A DNA stretch of 64,000 nucleotides from contig OX597816.1 of NCBI GenBank assembly GCA_951406725.2, positions 79,856,001-79,920,000 of the forward strand, given 5' to 3'. The notes beneath the pieces are model-generated. The model was not told the origin of the DNA and searched no databases. It saw only the letters and a program-made list of their open reading frames with translations. Made by a program: the position numbers and the translations under genes. Positions 1 to 15,172 of the stretch are shown here, piece by piece (positions within the stretch are counted from its first letter, which is position 1; each line of letters starts with the position of its first letter). This DNA is from Octopus vulgaris. Taxonomy: Eukaryota.

Positions 1-622
<622 letters not shown>

Positions 623-713
623 TCACACACACATACACATATATACTATATATTATTTACTATTTATTATATAAATAAATTTATATATTATATATATGTA
701 TATATTATATATA

Positions 714-766
<53 letters not shown>

Positions 767-829
767 ATAAATAGTAAATAATATATAGGATATATGTGTA
801 TATATATGTGTGTATATGTGTGTATATAT

Positions 830-871
<42 letters not shown>

Positions 872-1337
872 TATATATATATATATATATGTGTGTGTGT
901 ATATATATATATATATGTATTTATGTATATATATATATATATATCCTTCAATCGTATACACATATATATCGGTTGTCAAGCGATGGTGGAGGGGACAAAC
1001 AAAGACACACAACTTACACATCTAAATATATTTATATATACGACGGGCGTTGTAAGTGTTTATTGAGAGAAAACACCTAAATCTCCTCGAGGGTCCGGCA
1101 GGAGGGGGAACGAACTCTGCTGTATTCCGTCTATATATATATATATGTACATTTGTGTGTGTGGATGTGTGTATATATTTATGTATGTGTGTGTGTGTGT
1201 TTTTTGTGTATATACATATGTATATATACATTTATATATACTTACATGTATATATAAAAATCAGTATATCTATGTGTATTTTTAAATAAGAATATTTATC
1301 TACCCATCATATTCTCTTTCTCTTTCTTTCTCTCTCT

Positions 1338-1375
<38 letters not shown>

Positions 1376-1541
1376 CATGCATATACATATATATATATAT
1401 CTGTGTGTGTGTGTGTGTGTGTGTGTACTTAAACATAATATAAAGCAGACATACATACAGATATGCATGAATAGATACAGACACATATATATATGCAGAT
1501 AGATTTAGTTTCCATGTTTCTATAATTTGTATATTATCTGC

Positions 1542-1585
<44 letters not shown>

Positions 1586-1968
1586 TTCAGCCACGGCATT
1601 GGAAATTGTTTTCGTTTGTTGAATGCATTCATGTGACCTCCTAATATTGCAAAATTAGGCTAGTTAAGGTGAGCCTGGTAGCTGATGGTTTTGGGGTCTT
1701 GTTGTTTGTAACTTTTGGTGAGCCAAGGTGCAAACAAACAACATGGTAAAAATCCCTTTCATTAATTTGGTGTGGATGGATAATATCAAATAATTCGATC
1801 ACAACATATATTTAAATTAAACATAAAAAAATTGAAATATTATTATCACTTACATGGAAAAATTGAAATATTATCTTTCAGTATTTTATAAGTAAAAATC
1901 TTAAATCATTAATTGGCACATTATTAATTATCTTATAACAGCTATGCCTGAAAAAATCATGAATTACT

Positions 1969-2407
1969 TGGAAAAATACGAGCATGAAAAGTCATATTCT
2001 TAAGATTATAAACCTGTAAAAGTAAAGGACAAGCTATTACGTCTAGTAAAGTAAAGAATAAGCAACATTCTACTTAAAATATTGCAGATAAAATTAAAGT
2101 TTTAATATTAAAACTTATTTTATTATAGTTTACAGATAACACTATACAAAAAAAGTGACTAATTAGACAAACTTACAAATTAGCTGAACAGTTTTGTACA
2201 ATAAATTTAAAAGATGAGAACTGTAAAGAATGATAAATTAGAAGAACTGGCATTCTTTGCTGCTATATTTTAAGTAAAAAGTATCTTATTCTTTTCTTTA
2301 CTAGAAGTAATAGCTTGTCCTATACTTTTACAGGTGTAATAACTTGCCCTGTACTTTTCCAGGTTTATAATCTTAAGAATATTACTTTTCATGCTCGTAT
2401 TTTTCCA
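1969..2407. repeat. Diverged inverted repeat (arms about 120-145 bp, spacer about 170 bp)
   Basis: ggaaaaatacgagcatgaaaag...aacctg (1969-2087) is the reverse complement of ...caggtttataatcttaagaat...catgctcgtatttttcca (2260-2407), with substitutions and an internal duplication. Confidence 0.8.
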
Positions 2408-2432
2408 TATAATGTATATATTATCTGCGTAA

Positions 2433-2548
<116 letters not shown>

Positions 2549-2549
2549 G

Positions 2550-2593
<44 letters not shown>

Positions 2594-3664
2594 GATAGAT
2601 ATATTTAATTTGTATGTTACTGTAATTTGTATATTATATAAAATAAAAACTTCTACGGGCAACAAACTGAATAATGATGATAATGACGATGATGTTGATA
2701 ATGTTGAATATGATGATGATGATGATAATGATGAGACTATAATAATAATAACAATAATAATAATGATAATAATAATAATGATGATGATGATGATGATAAT
2801 GATGATGATGACGAAGACGATGATGTTTCTTTTATTTGCATTGGGGCATTTGATGAGGTGTCGATCACTTATAACATTTTTGACGACTATATACTTATTA
2901 TTATTATCATAATTATTGTTGTTGTTGCTGTTTTTTGTTGTTGTTGTTGTCGTTATGAAATGCCTATTAACATTGTTGTCGCAAGTGCTGCTGTTGTCTT
3001 TTGATTTATGGCTTGATGAATGCAGGATTAATTTTTATTAACAACATTATCAGGATTAACATTATCAAAGCTAATAATATATCACTATAACAAGCAATCA
3101 CAATGATATTAATATTTATAATTTCTAATGTCACAAGAAGAGCAAATATGATATTGAACTCAGCAAGTATGAAACAGCAAGGCATTTAGTCTACCATTTC
3201 AGGCCAGCGTAACAATATTAAAAACACTAGCGATAGTAATTCAGAGTAAATGAAAGCTTACAAAATAAAAATTTAAATGAGCCAAACAGAAACCAAAACT
3301 ACAACAGAGTTGTAATCTATTTAAAACAGAAGCAAGTGTTATAAATTCACAGAAAATTTCTTCGATATTACTAACGCCAAACAACTGAGAACTATTATGC
3401 TGAAAAAAAGCTAAGAAAGATATTGAAATGACAATAATTTTGTATACGATAGAAGGGATATTGGCAAATTGGCCCGATAATGTAACTGAAGATTAATGCA
3501 AGAAATTATCCTCAAATAATTTAATACATCATGACCATGAATCAGAAATTCATCAACATATATATGTGTGTGTGTGTGTATGTGTGTATGTATGTGCGTG
3601 TATATATATATACCTTATATATATACCTTCTCCTTGTGTATATATATATATACCTATATATATA

Positions 3665-3774
3665 CCTTATCCTCGTTTCCGACGAAGAGCTCCGCTCGAA
3701 AAGTTAAACCCTCCTTCCCTTCTTTCCTGAGCGTCAATAATACTTTAATTGTTCCACGTCCTGCGTTGCTGTGT

Positions 3775-3811
<37 letters not shown>

Positions 3812-3840
3812 CTGTGTTTTCTTGTTTGGATTAACTTTAT
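3665..3840 (+). mobile_element. Short (TA)n-embedded element with a minimal hammerhead-like motif (3675-3709)
   Basis: GTTT-CCGACGA-A-GAGC.tcc.GCTC-GAA-AAGT-T-AAAC. A second copy lies at 45676-45880(-). Confidence 0.65.
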
Positions 3841-3843
3841 ATA

Positions 3844-3980
<137 letters not shown>

Positions 3981-4004
3981 ATATGTATCTATCTATCTAC
4001 CTAC

Positions 4005-4077
<73 letters not shown>

Positions 4078-5384
4078 GATCTATTTATCTATCCATCCAT
4101 CTATCTATCTACCATTTTCAAAATACAATGATTTAGTTATTGATATAGTAAGGATGTGATTTATTGTTGTTTGCTTGTGATCAAAGGCATTCTAGCAATA
4201 AGTATTTTGTCTTTATTCAAGATATTGTATAAAAATATGTCCTTCCATTTTTCCCCTTTTTTTCTTTTATTTTTTATTGCTATGATTCGATGACGGTTGG
4301 TTATTGTTTGTAGTAGATAGTATGATCAGGTAGAGTTTTTCCTATCGGGTGTATATAGTATGCATTTGATGAAGTCCTCTAACTTACACAGATAGGAAAT
4401 AAATAAATTAACTGAAGATTTGCAGGGAAAATGGTAATTCTATGTAGCACCCAAAAGCAATACATATACAGATAGGACTCTGCTTTTCACAATTACATAC
4501 ACGTATATTATGCACACATGCACATCGATATACATCACAGAAGCATAAATACACACAAATACGCATACAAGTATAAAGCATGTATGCTATAAGGCACTCA
4601 TATATAAAGTAAAACAGAAGTAGAGTTGCTCATGATGTATCAACATAATCAAGTTGAATTCTTTCTTGAGTCTACAGGCTCATAAGATCAAAGCTTTATC
4701 TGGTTTCTGAGGTATTGAGTGATTCAGAGCACAAGATCCCCTTCTAGCGGCTGCTGTTGGTGCTAGTTTTCAGTGAGGTACACTGGAGCAACGTGAAACG
4801 AAGTACCTGGCTAGTCAAGGAACAGCAGCCCCACGAACAACACACTCACCACTGAGCCATACATCTTCATATAACATTATCCTGTATAGTAAAATGATGT
4901 TTGATATAGGAAATTTTGATTTTTTCATCAAAAGCTTTCGAAATGTGCGAGACTTAAAACTCGACCACAACTTTGAATTAACTAGAGCTAGTTACCTCCA
5001 GCTTTCCAACACTAATCATAAAAAAATCAACTATATAACAATAATAATAATAATAATAATAATAACAATAATAATAATTATAATCTCGTCTGACATATGA
5101 ACAAGATGATATATTTAAGGGAAGTGGTACAGTCAATTAAATCGGTCACAGGGTAGTTTATTTTATCAACGTAAGAAGGATCAAAAGTAAAGTGAATCAA
5201 AATAAAGTTAGGCTTAATACTGCAAAGTACTGTTATGCATAAAACTATAAAGTTTTTAAAATCTCACTGCCAATAATAATAATAATAATAATAATAAGAC
5301 TTATACACTGATCATCTGCCTTGCGAAAATCGAAAAATTAACCAATTTAAAATGAAAGACAGATAAAATAATACAGAAGATAGA

Positions 5385-5441
<57 letters not shown>

Positions 5442-6047
5442 AGACACACACACATACATACATACCTACATACATACATGTATGTATGTATGTATATGTA
5501 CGTGTGTAATTAATATGATGGCGGTAAAAACGTAATGAGATGTATTAGGACAGGTGAACATTTTAGTACACTAATACAAATACAAATGAAGGATACTCAT
5601 CAACACAAGAATGGCAAGTTACCGCAATGTAAGTTCAAAGTACCCCACAAAGCCCACCACCTTTCGCTCCTTATTCTTTTTTTTTTTGCAAACTCGTTGC
5701 TCTAAAATTGGTCCCGAGCATGTTTAGACTTACGGAGCAATGAAAAGTCTTGCAACTTCTGGGACACGTTTTCCCCAGATTTTGATAAACCACTGACTAG
5801 ATTTTCATCAACCATCTAACATCTAGGGGTACTTAGTATTCGCCCTCTGAATAACGGAATTTTATAAATCAGCCAAATGCTCATTAAATTAAACGAAGAC
5901 ATCGATCAGTACCTTGAAAAATACCCGAAAACCTATTATACGTAAAATGCTTGAGATTATTCTTACCAATGTTGCACAAACCCCTTAAATAAAGAATTTG
6001 TGCAACGTCTGAATATTGAAAGTACATAATCGCACACAAAAAATGCA

Positions 6048-6078
<31 letters not shown>

Positions 6079-6351
6079 TGTATGTATGTATGTATGTATG
6101 TATGTATGTATGTATGTATGTATATATGTATGTATGTGTGTGTATGCGTATGCATGTATGTATGTATCTGTGTTCTCTTTTGAATTTAGATTGAATTTTG
6201 AGCGGCTACCTGTTTAGTAGCATGGTTGTAAAGGAAAGCATACTGTTTTGTTCATCATCCCTTAAATCTTAAGGTTTTGCAGATGTATGTATGTATGTAT
6301 GCATGCATGTATATATTGATGTATTTTTGTATGTATCGATGTATATATGTA

Positions 6352-6403
<52 letters not shown>

Positions 6404-6425
6404 TATGTATGTATGAATATATATG

Positions 6426-6498
<73 letters not shown>

Positions 6499-6499
6499 G

Positions 6500-6557
<58 letters not shown>

Positions 6558-6625
6558 GAGATAAAGTGAGAGAGAAGAGACAGATAAATATAGATAGACA
6601 GACAGACAGACGGACAGATAGATAA

Positions 6626-6691
<66 letters not shown>

Positions 6692-7021
6692 GGGATTGTA
6701 CTGTTGATCTGTTCAGGCACACCTGAGTAGTGAAACAAATGCAAGCCATCCCTAGCCTGAACATTTATAGGAAAAAAATATGAATCGTAAAACGACGAAA
6801 CTTTTAAACACTATATCGTTTATGTAACTACATAAAATTCTGAAATAAACTGCTTATGGTCAGTAATTCTCCAATTCTGGATTAAGCAATGAAAAATTTG
6901 AGAAATTTTAGATATGATTTAGCAGCGCTGATTTCAAAGCAAAATCGGAAATCGTTGTAATTACTGTGTAAGACTACAGCTTCTTTGTAGTAAGTTATCC
7001 AATAGACAGTACTAAGAAAAT

Positions 7022-7086
<65 letters not shown>

Positions 7087-7116
7087 TGTATGTATGTATG
7101 TATGTATGTATGTATG

Positions 7117-7304
7117 TCTTTCTGTGTTTTTCTCCTTTTTTTCTCTCCTTGTTTCTTTCTGTGTTCCTTTCTGTGAAAGAGCGTAGGCTCGAAACGTTAA
7201 AGACTTTTTCAGTTCCCGAGCGTTATACTAATACATCTGTTTGTTTTTTCATTACCTGTCTTCGTCTTTCGTTTGTTTGGTTTTTTTTTCGTGAATTAAC
7301 CGGC

Positions 7305-7305
<1 letters not shown>
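7117..7305 (+). mobile_element. Related short element with a degenerate hammerhead-like motif (7167-7202)
   Basis: CTTT-ctgtgaa-A-GAGC.gtag.GCTC-GAA-ACGT-T-AAAG; flanked by (TATG)n and (TA)n. Confidence 0.55.
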
Positions 7306-7343
<38 letters not shown>

Positions 7344-8054
7344 TGTTATGGCAAGAATTAAGAACTATTGACTACAAATGTTCACGAAGAAGCGCAAAGA
7401 TTCAGTTTTATAAGAAACATTTGTGCAAAGACATTCTCGAGACATTCTTACAAAAGATTTGAAAGCATTCAAGAGAGTAACACTTTTGGGTAAAAATGGG
7501 CTTTGTACTTACAAAAAGAATAATAATATTCTTTATATTTTTGTTTATTAGTCATTAATGTAGAACTCTTTAACATTGTACATACTTAGGTAGGGGAAAT
7601 TTTATGTTTTACCAATGGTCTTTGTAGCATACAAGAATTAAAATCCAGTTGCAATTTTCAATTTAGAAGTTATTTCCAGCTTTCTGACATTAGTTACGAA
7701 GAAAGAAACTGATTATCTTTACAGGTACTTCTTTAATCAGTTATTCGAGATGTTTAAAAACTTTCATACTTTAGAATTTCAAACTATACAAATTTGGTTT
7801 CTAAGTACCTAATAACTCTCAAAAGAAAAGGCTAGACGGAGTGAACAAACTAGTCATTGATTCAAAAAGACTCAAAAAGCTGAATCTACAGGGGAGTAGC
7901 AGTAATAAAAATCTATATAAAACTGATTTCTAACAATGACACATGGCTGCAAATGTTGCAGAAGAAGATACAGTTGTTAAGTAATTTGGTGGTACTTTGT
8001 GATAAACAGATAATTCGTCCAACTCCCGAGATAAAATAATAATAACTTATAGTA

Positions 8055-8127
<73 letters not shown>

Positions 8128-8392
8128 CAATGATGATGACGACGATGATGATGATATTTTCGGCACCCAACAGATGCAGCATAAAATACATAAAAAACAA
8201 AACAAAATGGAAGTCACTCTTTTTTTAGGTGGGGGGCGGAATAGCATCTCTTACAAAATGGTCTACACACAAACAAACGTTCTAGCAAACAAACAAACAA
8301 ACAAACAAATAAGCAGACAAACAAAACTGCAATAGTAGTAGTAGTAGTAGTAGTAGTAAAAAAAGGGAATGAAATGAAAAAAAGTTCCTTAC

Positions 8393-9959
8393 CTGTCACG
8401 TAATGGATCGCTTCGTTGTTTTGTAGCCATTGTGTATAAGGGTTATCGGCAACATCATAATAGAGAGGGGTGACCGGTGTCACAGAAATATCCTGAAGGT
8501 CTGGTATGTTCCCGTTGACCATGCTGCTGCCGCTACAGTTGACCAGTACATTTGTACTGTTGTGATTACTATTACTGTTGCTGTTGTTATCGATGATATT
8601 GATGTTGTTGTTGTTATGGTTGGTGTTGTTATTGGTACTGCTGTTGCTGTTGTTATTGTTGTTGCTAGTGGTGTTGCTTGCAGTTGTTGTGTTTGCGTTT
8701 GTGGTGCCGATGTTTGTTGTGCAACCGTTTGCTGTGTTGTTTGGCGTTGGTGTTGGTGTTGTTGTTACAGTACTTGTTGTGGTGCTTGTAATGTTATGAG
8801 TCGTACTGTTGCAGTTGTTATGACTGGTTCGATTTGAAGTTGTACAGTTATTATTATTATTATTACTACTGTTGTTATTACTGTTATTATTACTATTAGT
8901 GTTATTATTACTATTATTATTTCTACTACTGTTATTACTACAATTATTGCTGTTATTGTTATTGTTATTGTTTACGGGTGTTGTTGCATTATTGCTGTTG
9001 TTATCATTGTTGTTATTATTAACAGCTGCAAGGTGAGTCCGGGTATTAATGGCGGCTGTCGAGTTTCCACCTATTTGCTTTTGTTGTTGTTGCTGTTGTT
9101 GTTGTTGTCTGTGTGAGTTGTGTTGTTGGTGATGGGGGTGGTGAAGGTTGTTACTGTTGTTGTTGTTGTTGTGATGATGGTGATGATGGTGATTGTGATG
9201 GTGGAGTGGATGGCCGGTGGAAAGAGCAGCGGCGGCGGCGACGGCCGAAGCGGGTAGCGTGGGGCTGTTGTTAAGGGAGAGGTGATGCGAATGGTGGTGT
9301 GGATGCGAATGGTGGTGGTGGTTGTGTTGTGGATGGTGAAGAGAGTGATGATGTTGCTGTTGTTGTTGCTGCTGCTGCTGTTGATGTTGATGGTGATGAT
9401 GATGGTGGTGGTGCTGTTGCTGTTGTTGCTGATGAAGATGATGATGATTATGTAACATAGATGTCGTCTCGGAATTCATCAAAACTGAATCTGCCGCTCC
9501 ACGTCTACCACCAACACCATCACCTCCACCGCCACTGCCGCCGCCGCCGCCGCCGCCATCACCACCATTACTATCTCCTCCTCCTCCTCCACCACCACCA
9601 CCACCACCACCACCGCCGCCGCCACCTCCGACGGCACCAATGCCACTCACGCCACCGAGAACACTACCATCGAGTCCGCCGTCGACAGCGACGCCGCCGC
9701 CGCCGCCGTTGCTTCCATCACAACTAACAACGATGCTACCATCGCCGCCGCCGCCACCGCCACCGCCACCTCCGCCGCCGCCTACGATGCCGAGTGAGGG
9801 AAGCGAAAGTAGTGGAGGTGGCGGGGGGTGCGGGGGTGGATGCGGAGGAGGTGGAGCAGAGTTCGATTTCGCCTCAGGTAAATCCAGAATGTCTTTCACG
9901 GTGAAACTGCTGGTTCGAACAGCACTGACGGCGGAGGTCATAGCTAATTGCGATTCCAT
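8393..9959 (-). CDS. Nkx2-2: NK2.2/vnd-class homeobox transcription factor, coding exon 1 (522 codons + 1 nt; homeobox exon outside window)
   Basis: ORF 8214..10028(-). ATG at 9959 (MESQLAMTS; alternative ATG 9941). Tinman/eh1 motif SFTVKDILDLP at about 9876-9908. Motif YYDVADNPYTQWL at about 8424-8462 resembles vertebrate Nkx2-2 FYDSSDNPYTRWL. Canonical donor ACAG|GTAAG at 8393/8392 (phase 1), after which the ORF runs into microsatellite. Confidence 0.85.
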
Positions 9960-10399
9960 TATCTCTCTGCAGGCAGGCAGGCAGGCAGGCAGGCAGACAG
10001 GCAGGCAGGCGAACAGACCAGCTGACAAACAGACAGACAGACCAGCAGCCGGAACAGGTGAGATGTGTGTAAGAGAATGAAGCGCCGCCTGCGTGTGTAA
10101 GCGAGAAATACGTGAATACGTAAACTGAGAGAGATTTCAAAAATAAAAAAATAAATAAATAAATAATCAAAATATTAATAATAATAATAATGATAATAAT
10201 AACAACACTAATAAATTGACTATTACTATGACTACTGCTATAATCACCACCACCGCCTCCGCCCGCGCCGCTGCCTCTACATCCACAACAACAACAATAA
10301 CTACAACTACTACTACTACTACTACTATTACTACTACAACTATTTCTATAAACTATTAATAAAAAAAATGATAATGATAATAATTTGCAGACCCCTTCA

Positions 10400-10620
10400 A
10401 AACACTCATGTTCTTGATAGTAAGTGCGTCGCTTGAAAAATGGGGACACTCAAAAGCTTTAAGCGCGTTTGGGGTCGACAGTAAAAGTAGAATGTAAGAA
10501 GAACAGCGTGGCAATGGGTGGTAACGATTAATTGAACGGACTGGACATTGCTATTGGCCAACCAGCAGTACCACGTTGTCTAAGACACGCCTCATACACC
10601 GCCTTATCATTGGTCGTGAG
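10400..10620 (-). promoter_or_regulatory. Putative proximal promoter of the NK2.2-like gene
   Basis: Unique, CpG-containing island between repeat tracts, upstream of the ATG. Two CCAAT boxes on the minus strand (ATTGG at 10553-10557 and 10609-10613), TAAT motifs, and a Gli-like TGGGTGGTA at 10515-10523. Confidence 0.45.
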
Positions 10621-10656
10621 AAATAACGTTAGTGAGTGAGATGGAAGCGTGTGTAC

Positions 10657-10702
10657 GTGTGACTTGACTGGTGTTATTATGTATATGGTGTGGTTGCTCG
10701 TG

Positions 10703-10736
<34 letters not shown>

Positions 10737-10963
10737 ATTGTTTGTTATTTGTGTGTCTGTGCGTGTGTGTGTGTAAATGTCCGAGTATGCACGTGTTTGT
10801 GTACGTGTGTGCGTGTGACTTGACTGGTGTTATTATGTATGTGTGTGTGTGTATGTGTGTGTGTGTGCGTGTGTGTGATTGTTTGTTATTTGTGTGTCTG
10901 TGCGTGTGTGTGGGTGTGTGTGTGTGTAAATGTCCGAGTATGCACGTGTTTGTGTACGTGTGT
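10657..10963. repeat. Tandem duplication of a roughly 155 bp GT-rich unit
   Basis: gtgacttgactggtgttattatgtat...aaatgtccgagtatgcacgtgtttgtgtacgtgtg occurs twice. Confidence 0.85.
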
Positions 10964-11463
10964 ACGTGCTTCTACGTGTGTCTTCTTGTGCGAAGTGTGT
11001 TTGTGTGTGTGTGTGTGGGTGTGTGTACGTGTGTTGTTTTGTTCATGTGTGTGAGTGTACGTGTTTGTGTATGTGTGTGTGTGTGTGTGTGTGTATGTGA
11101 GTGTGTGTGCAGTGTTTTGTTTGTATATACGTCAAAGCAGACTTTATGTATGGTTTTGCTGTTAGTGTATATAGCGTGTATCTGTGTGTGTGTATGTGTG
11201 TGTGTGTGTGTGTGTCTGTGTGTGTGTGTGTCTGTGTGTGTGTGTGTTTGTAGTTACCTGTGTGTATATGCAGTGTGTTGGCTTTAAGCATGCATCGCTG
11301 CGTGTGAATGTGAAAGTGTGCGTATACGTTGTTTTGTAAATTATGTATGTTTGTACGTATGTATGTATGTTTGTACGTATGTATGTTTGTACGTATGTAT
11401 GTAAGTGTGTGTGTGATGTCTTTTATTGTAAACCAATGTAGTTGTCTGTGTTCGTAAACAATG

Positions 11464-11503
<40 letters not shown>

Positions 11504-11622
11504 GTGTGATATGTGTGAATTGTGTTGCCGTACGTGTGACGCTGTATATCTCTAGGTACCTATGGCTGTATGGCTGTATCGTTTTCTTTTGTTTGTTTGT
11601 TTGTGTGTATGTGTGTGTGTGC

Positions 11623-11669
<47 letters not shown>

Positions 11670-11738
11670 ATTTTGCTATATTTTAAACTCTGTATATGTC
11701 ATACTTTAACACTTTTTTGTGTATATGCGTGACTCGTT

Positions 11739-11777
<39 letters not shown>

Positions 11778-12865
11778 TGTGCTATATTTGAAACTGTGTG
11801 TCATACTTTGACACCTTTGTGCGTGTGAGTGGTTGTGTAGTATGTGCGTATGTGGTGCATGTTGTGTGTGTGCATGTGTGTGTGTTTGAAAACTATATCT
11901 GTTGTATCACTTGTAAAGGTTACGGGTGTATAAAGTGCTGTGTTGTCTGTGTGTGTGCTTGAGCACATAATGAGTTTATGAAAGCCGTGCCGTTTATATT
12001 ATATAGGTATATTTGTGTGTGACATATAAGCACCAGTTCATATCGTGTGTGTGTTTGTGTGTGTGTGTTTGTGTGTGTGTGTTTGTGTGTGTGTGTGCTT
12101 ATGGCTTGCATTAGTCTTTACGTGTATACGAAAATCCTGTGTATTGACAAAATCGTTAACGCATTTCTTTTTTTTTTTAAATCCTGAGTTCAAATATGCC
12201 GGGGTCATCATTGCTCTTCACCATTTCGGGGTCGTGGATAAAATAAAGCACTATTCAAATACTGGTGTTGATGCAATCGACTTATATCTCCCACGTTACA
12301 CTTCCAAACTGCAAACCTTGCGCTAAAATATATTATATGTTGTATGGGTATGTACACGAAAGATGTATCTGTGCGTCTTATAATTTTTAGAGCGCATATG
12401 TGTCATTTTAGTAGGTTGTGGTATTTTTGCATAGGAATACGTTGGTATGTGTGTATATACACACACCATAAAACGAGCATAAAACGGCCTCCTTTCACTT
12501 TCCCTCAATCAAATCCTCTCACAAGGTTTTTGATGAACTGAGGCTGTAATAGATACCACGCTGTGGGTGTGAAATCGGATCCATGTGGTTGGGAAGTAAA
12601 TTTCTTACCACACAGTCACACCTGCGCCTGAGGGGTTGCCGTGAGGTTCCTGGTTTTAAGGGTCTCACGAAGGGCTTGGTTAGAGGCCCAAGCTTTCGAG
12701 TTCTTTTGCAGGGCTCAAAAAAGCTGAAGGACCGCTGCAATAAATGTGTGAATCTAAGAGGAGAATATGTTGAGTAAAATCATAATATACTAATCTTCCT
12801 GAATTTTCTTTTTTCTAAACCCAGGAACTTTTCAGCACGCCCTCATATACATACATTCACATACA

Positions 12866-12899
<34 letters not shown>

Positions 12900-12995
12900 C
12901 ATGTGTGTGTATGTGTGCGCGCACGCGTGTGTGTGAGTGTGTGTGTGTGTGATAAATAAAGTGTCCAGTATGTTCTATCTTCCGTATCATGTTTG

Positions 12996-13081
<86 letters not shown>

Positions 13082-13291
13082 GCATATACATATAATCAAA
13101 AAAGTATAAAACTTAGAAAAATTTCATACAAGTGGGTTGTATGCGTAATTAAAGTCAATAGACTACATATTTTCATATATAAAAAGTGTATAGTATTTAT
13201 ACCCCAAAGCGACCCTTTACAGGACGCCTCTTTTGTGTATAAATACGATACACTTTTATACATACATACATACATACATATATATATACAT

Positions 13292-13389
<98 letters not shown>

Positions 13390-13390
13390 A

Positions 13391-13429
<39 letters not shown>

Positions 13430-13867
13430 CAGTATCGAGAAATATATCGGATGTTGTTACACATCACTAGTTACGTCGCGCTTCGCATCGTTTGAGATTT
13501 CGAAAGATGCCATCCTGCTGGCTAGGTCCTCAGGCCTGATAGCAAGGCTAGCCTGTCGCAGGGCTGCCCACTGATATATATATATATGCGTGTGTACTGC
13601 ATTGTACAGGTATATGCTCGCATAACATGTCGAAATTGTTCTCGTGAGGTATGCGTTAATGTGCCTGTATGCGTAAGATGTGTTATACTTATGTATGTTT
13701 ACCGCATTACAATACGTATGCGAATGTCTATCTAGTACGATGTATATGTTCTTGTGAGTGCGTTAGTGTGAGCATGTATGTGTATGTTGTGTTAAACGCA
13801 TACACAGACGCACGTGCGCACAATCTCATATATGTTACATACACATTAGCCTAAGGACAAACATATA

Positions 13868-14220
13868 TGCGTGGCACCTTAGGCAAGTGTTTTCTATTAG
13901 CCTCGGGCTGACCAAAACCTTGTGAGTGGATTTCGTAGACGGAAACTGAATGAAGCCCGTCGTATAAATGTATATATATATATATGTATGTGTGTGTAAA
14001 TGTTTGTGTGTCTGTGTTTGTGTCCTCCCCTCCCCACCAGCGCTTGACAACCGATGCCGGTGTGTTTACGTCCCCGTAACTTAGCTGTTCGGCAAAAGAG
14101 ACCGATAGAATAAGTACTAGGCTTACAAAGAATAAGTCCTGGAGTCGATTTGCTCGACTAAAGGCGGTGCTCCAGCATGGCCGCAGTCAAATGACTGAAA
14201 CATGTAAAAGAGTAAAAGAG
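13868..14220 (+). mobile_element. SINE family A (5'-truncated)
   Basis: Near-identical to 35619-36003, including the tail gcggtgctccagcatggccgcagtcaaatgactgaaac...aaaagag. Confidence 0.85.
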
Positions 14221-14301
14221 AATATACATGCAGACAGACAAATATACATACTAACATACATATTTACGTGTGTGGGTGTTGTGTTCGCACCCACACAAGT
14301 A

Positions 14302-14344
<43 letters not shown>

Positions 14345-14539
14345 AACACATACATATGTATGCAAGTATGCATACATATGTATGTATACAATATACATAT
14401 ATATAACATGATATTATAATTATATATTCATTTATAAACACGCGCACACACATGAACATACGGATACACACAAATGTACGTCACACCCACATACACACTC
14501 GCATATACACAAAACAAACACCACACGCACATATACACA

Positions 14540-14632
<93 letters not shown>

Positions 14633-14659
14633 CACGCAAACATTTATGCACACACACAA

Positions 14660-14705
<46 letters not shown>

Positions 14706-15115
14706 GATTTTGTTGGACTCCTGAGGGATTAAAAACAAATGGTAAGATCGGCAAAATTTGATCATTGAACGTAAACCAACTGAACTAAATATTTTTCCTT
14801 CTGTCTCTTAATTTAGGCACGGGGTGAATAATTTTATGTTGGGTAAATCGACAGTGTCGGTCCTCCAATACTTTACTCGTACTCTGTTTTATTGATCTCC
14901 ACCTTAAATCTCATGCGCTGCCGACACAAAAAAGGTGAGATTTCAATTCAGATCATAATATTCACATTCCGCTGAGGTCGACTATACCTTTCATTCATTT
15001 GTGGTCGATTAAATAAGTAGCACTCAATTTCTGGGATAAATGGTATTGACTTACCCCCACCTCAACATGAACCTGCTCGCCTTACACTTAATTTTGAAAC
15101 AATCTCTCAATCATA

Positions 15116-15162
<47 letters not shown>

Positions 15163-15172
<10 letters not shown>

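Noticed and set aside
8214-8392. C-terminal extension of the 604-aa ORF (KELFFISF...LFVCLFVC)
   Set aside because: It follows a strong GTAAG donor and is microsatellite-derived, so it is intronic. The 23 residues before ATG 9959 are likewise (CCTG)n/(TCTG)n UTR.
8430-10080. Plus-strand ORFs 8430..8837, 9461..9727 and 9640..10080
   Set aside because: Antisense shadows of the triplet-repeat exon.
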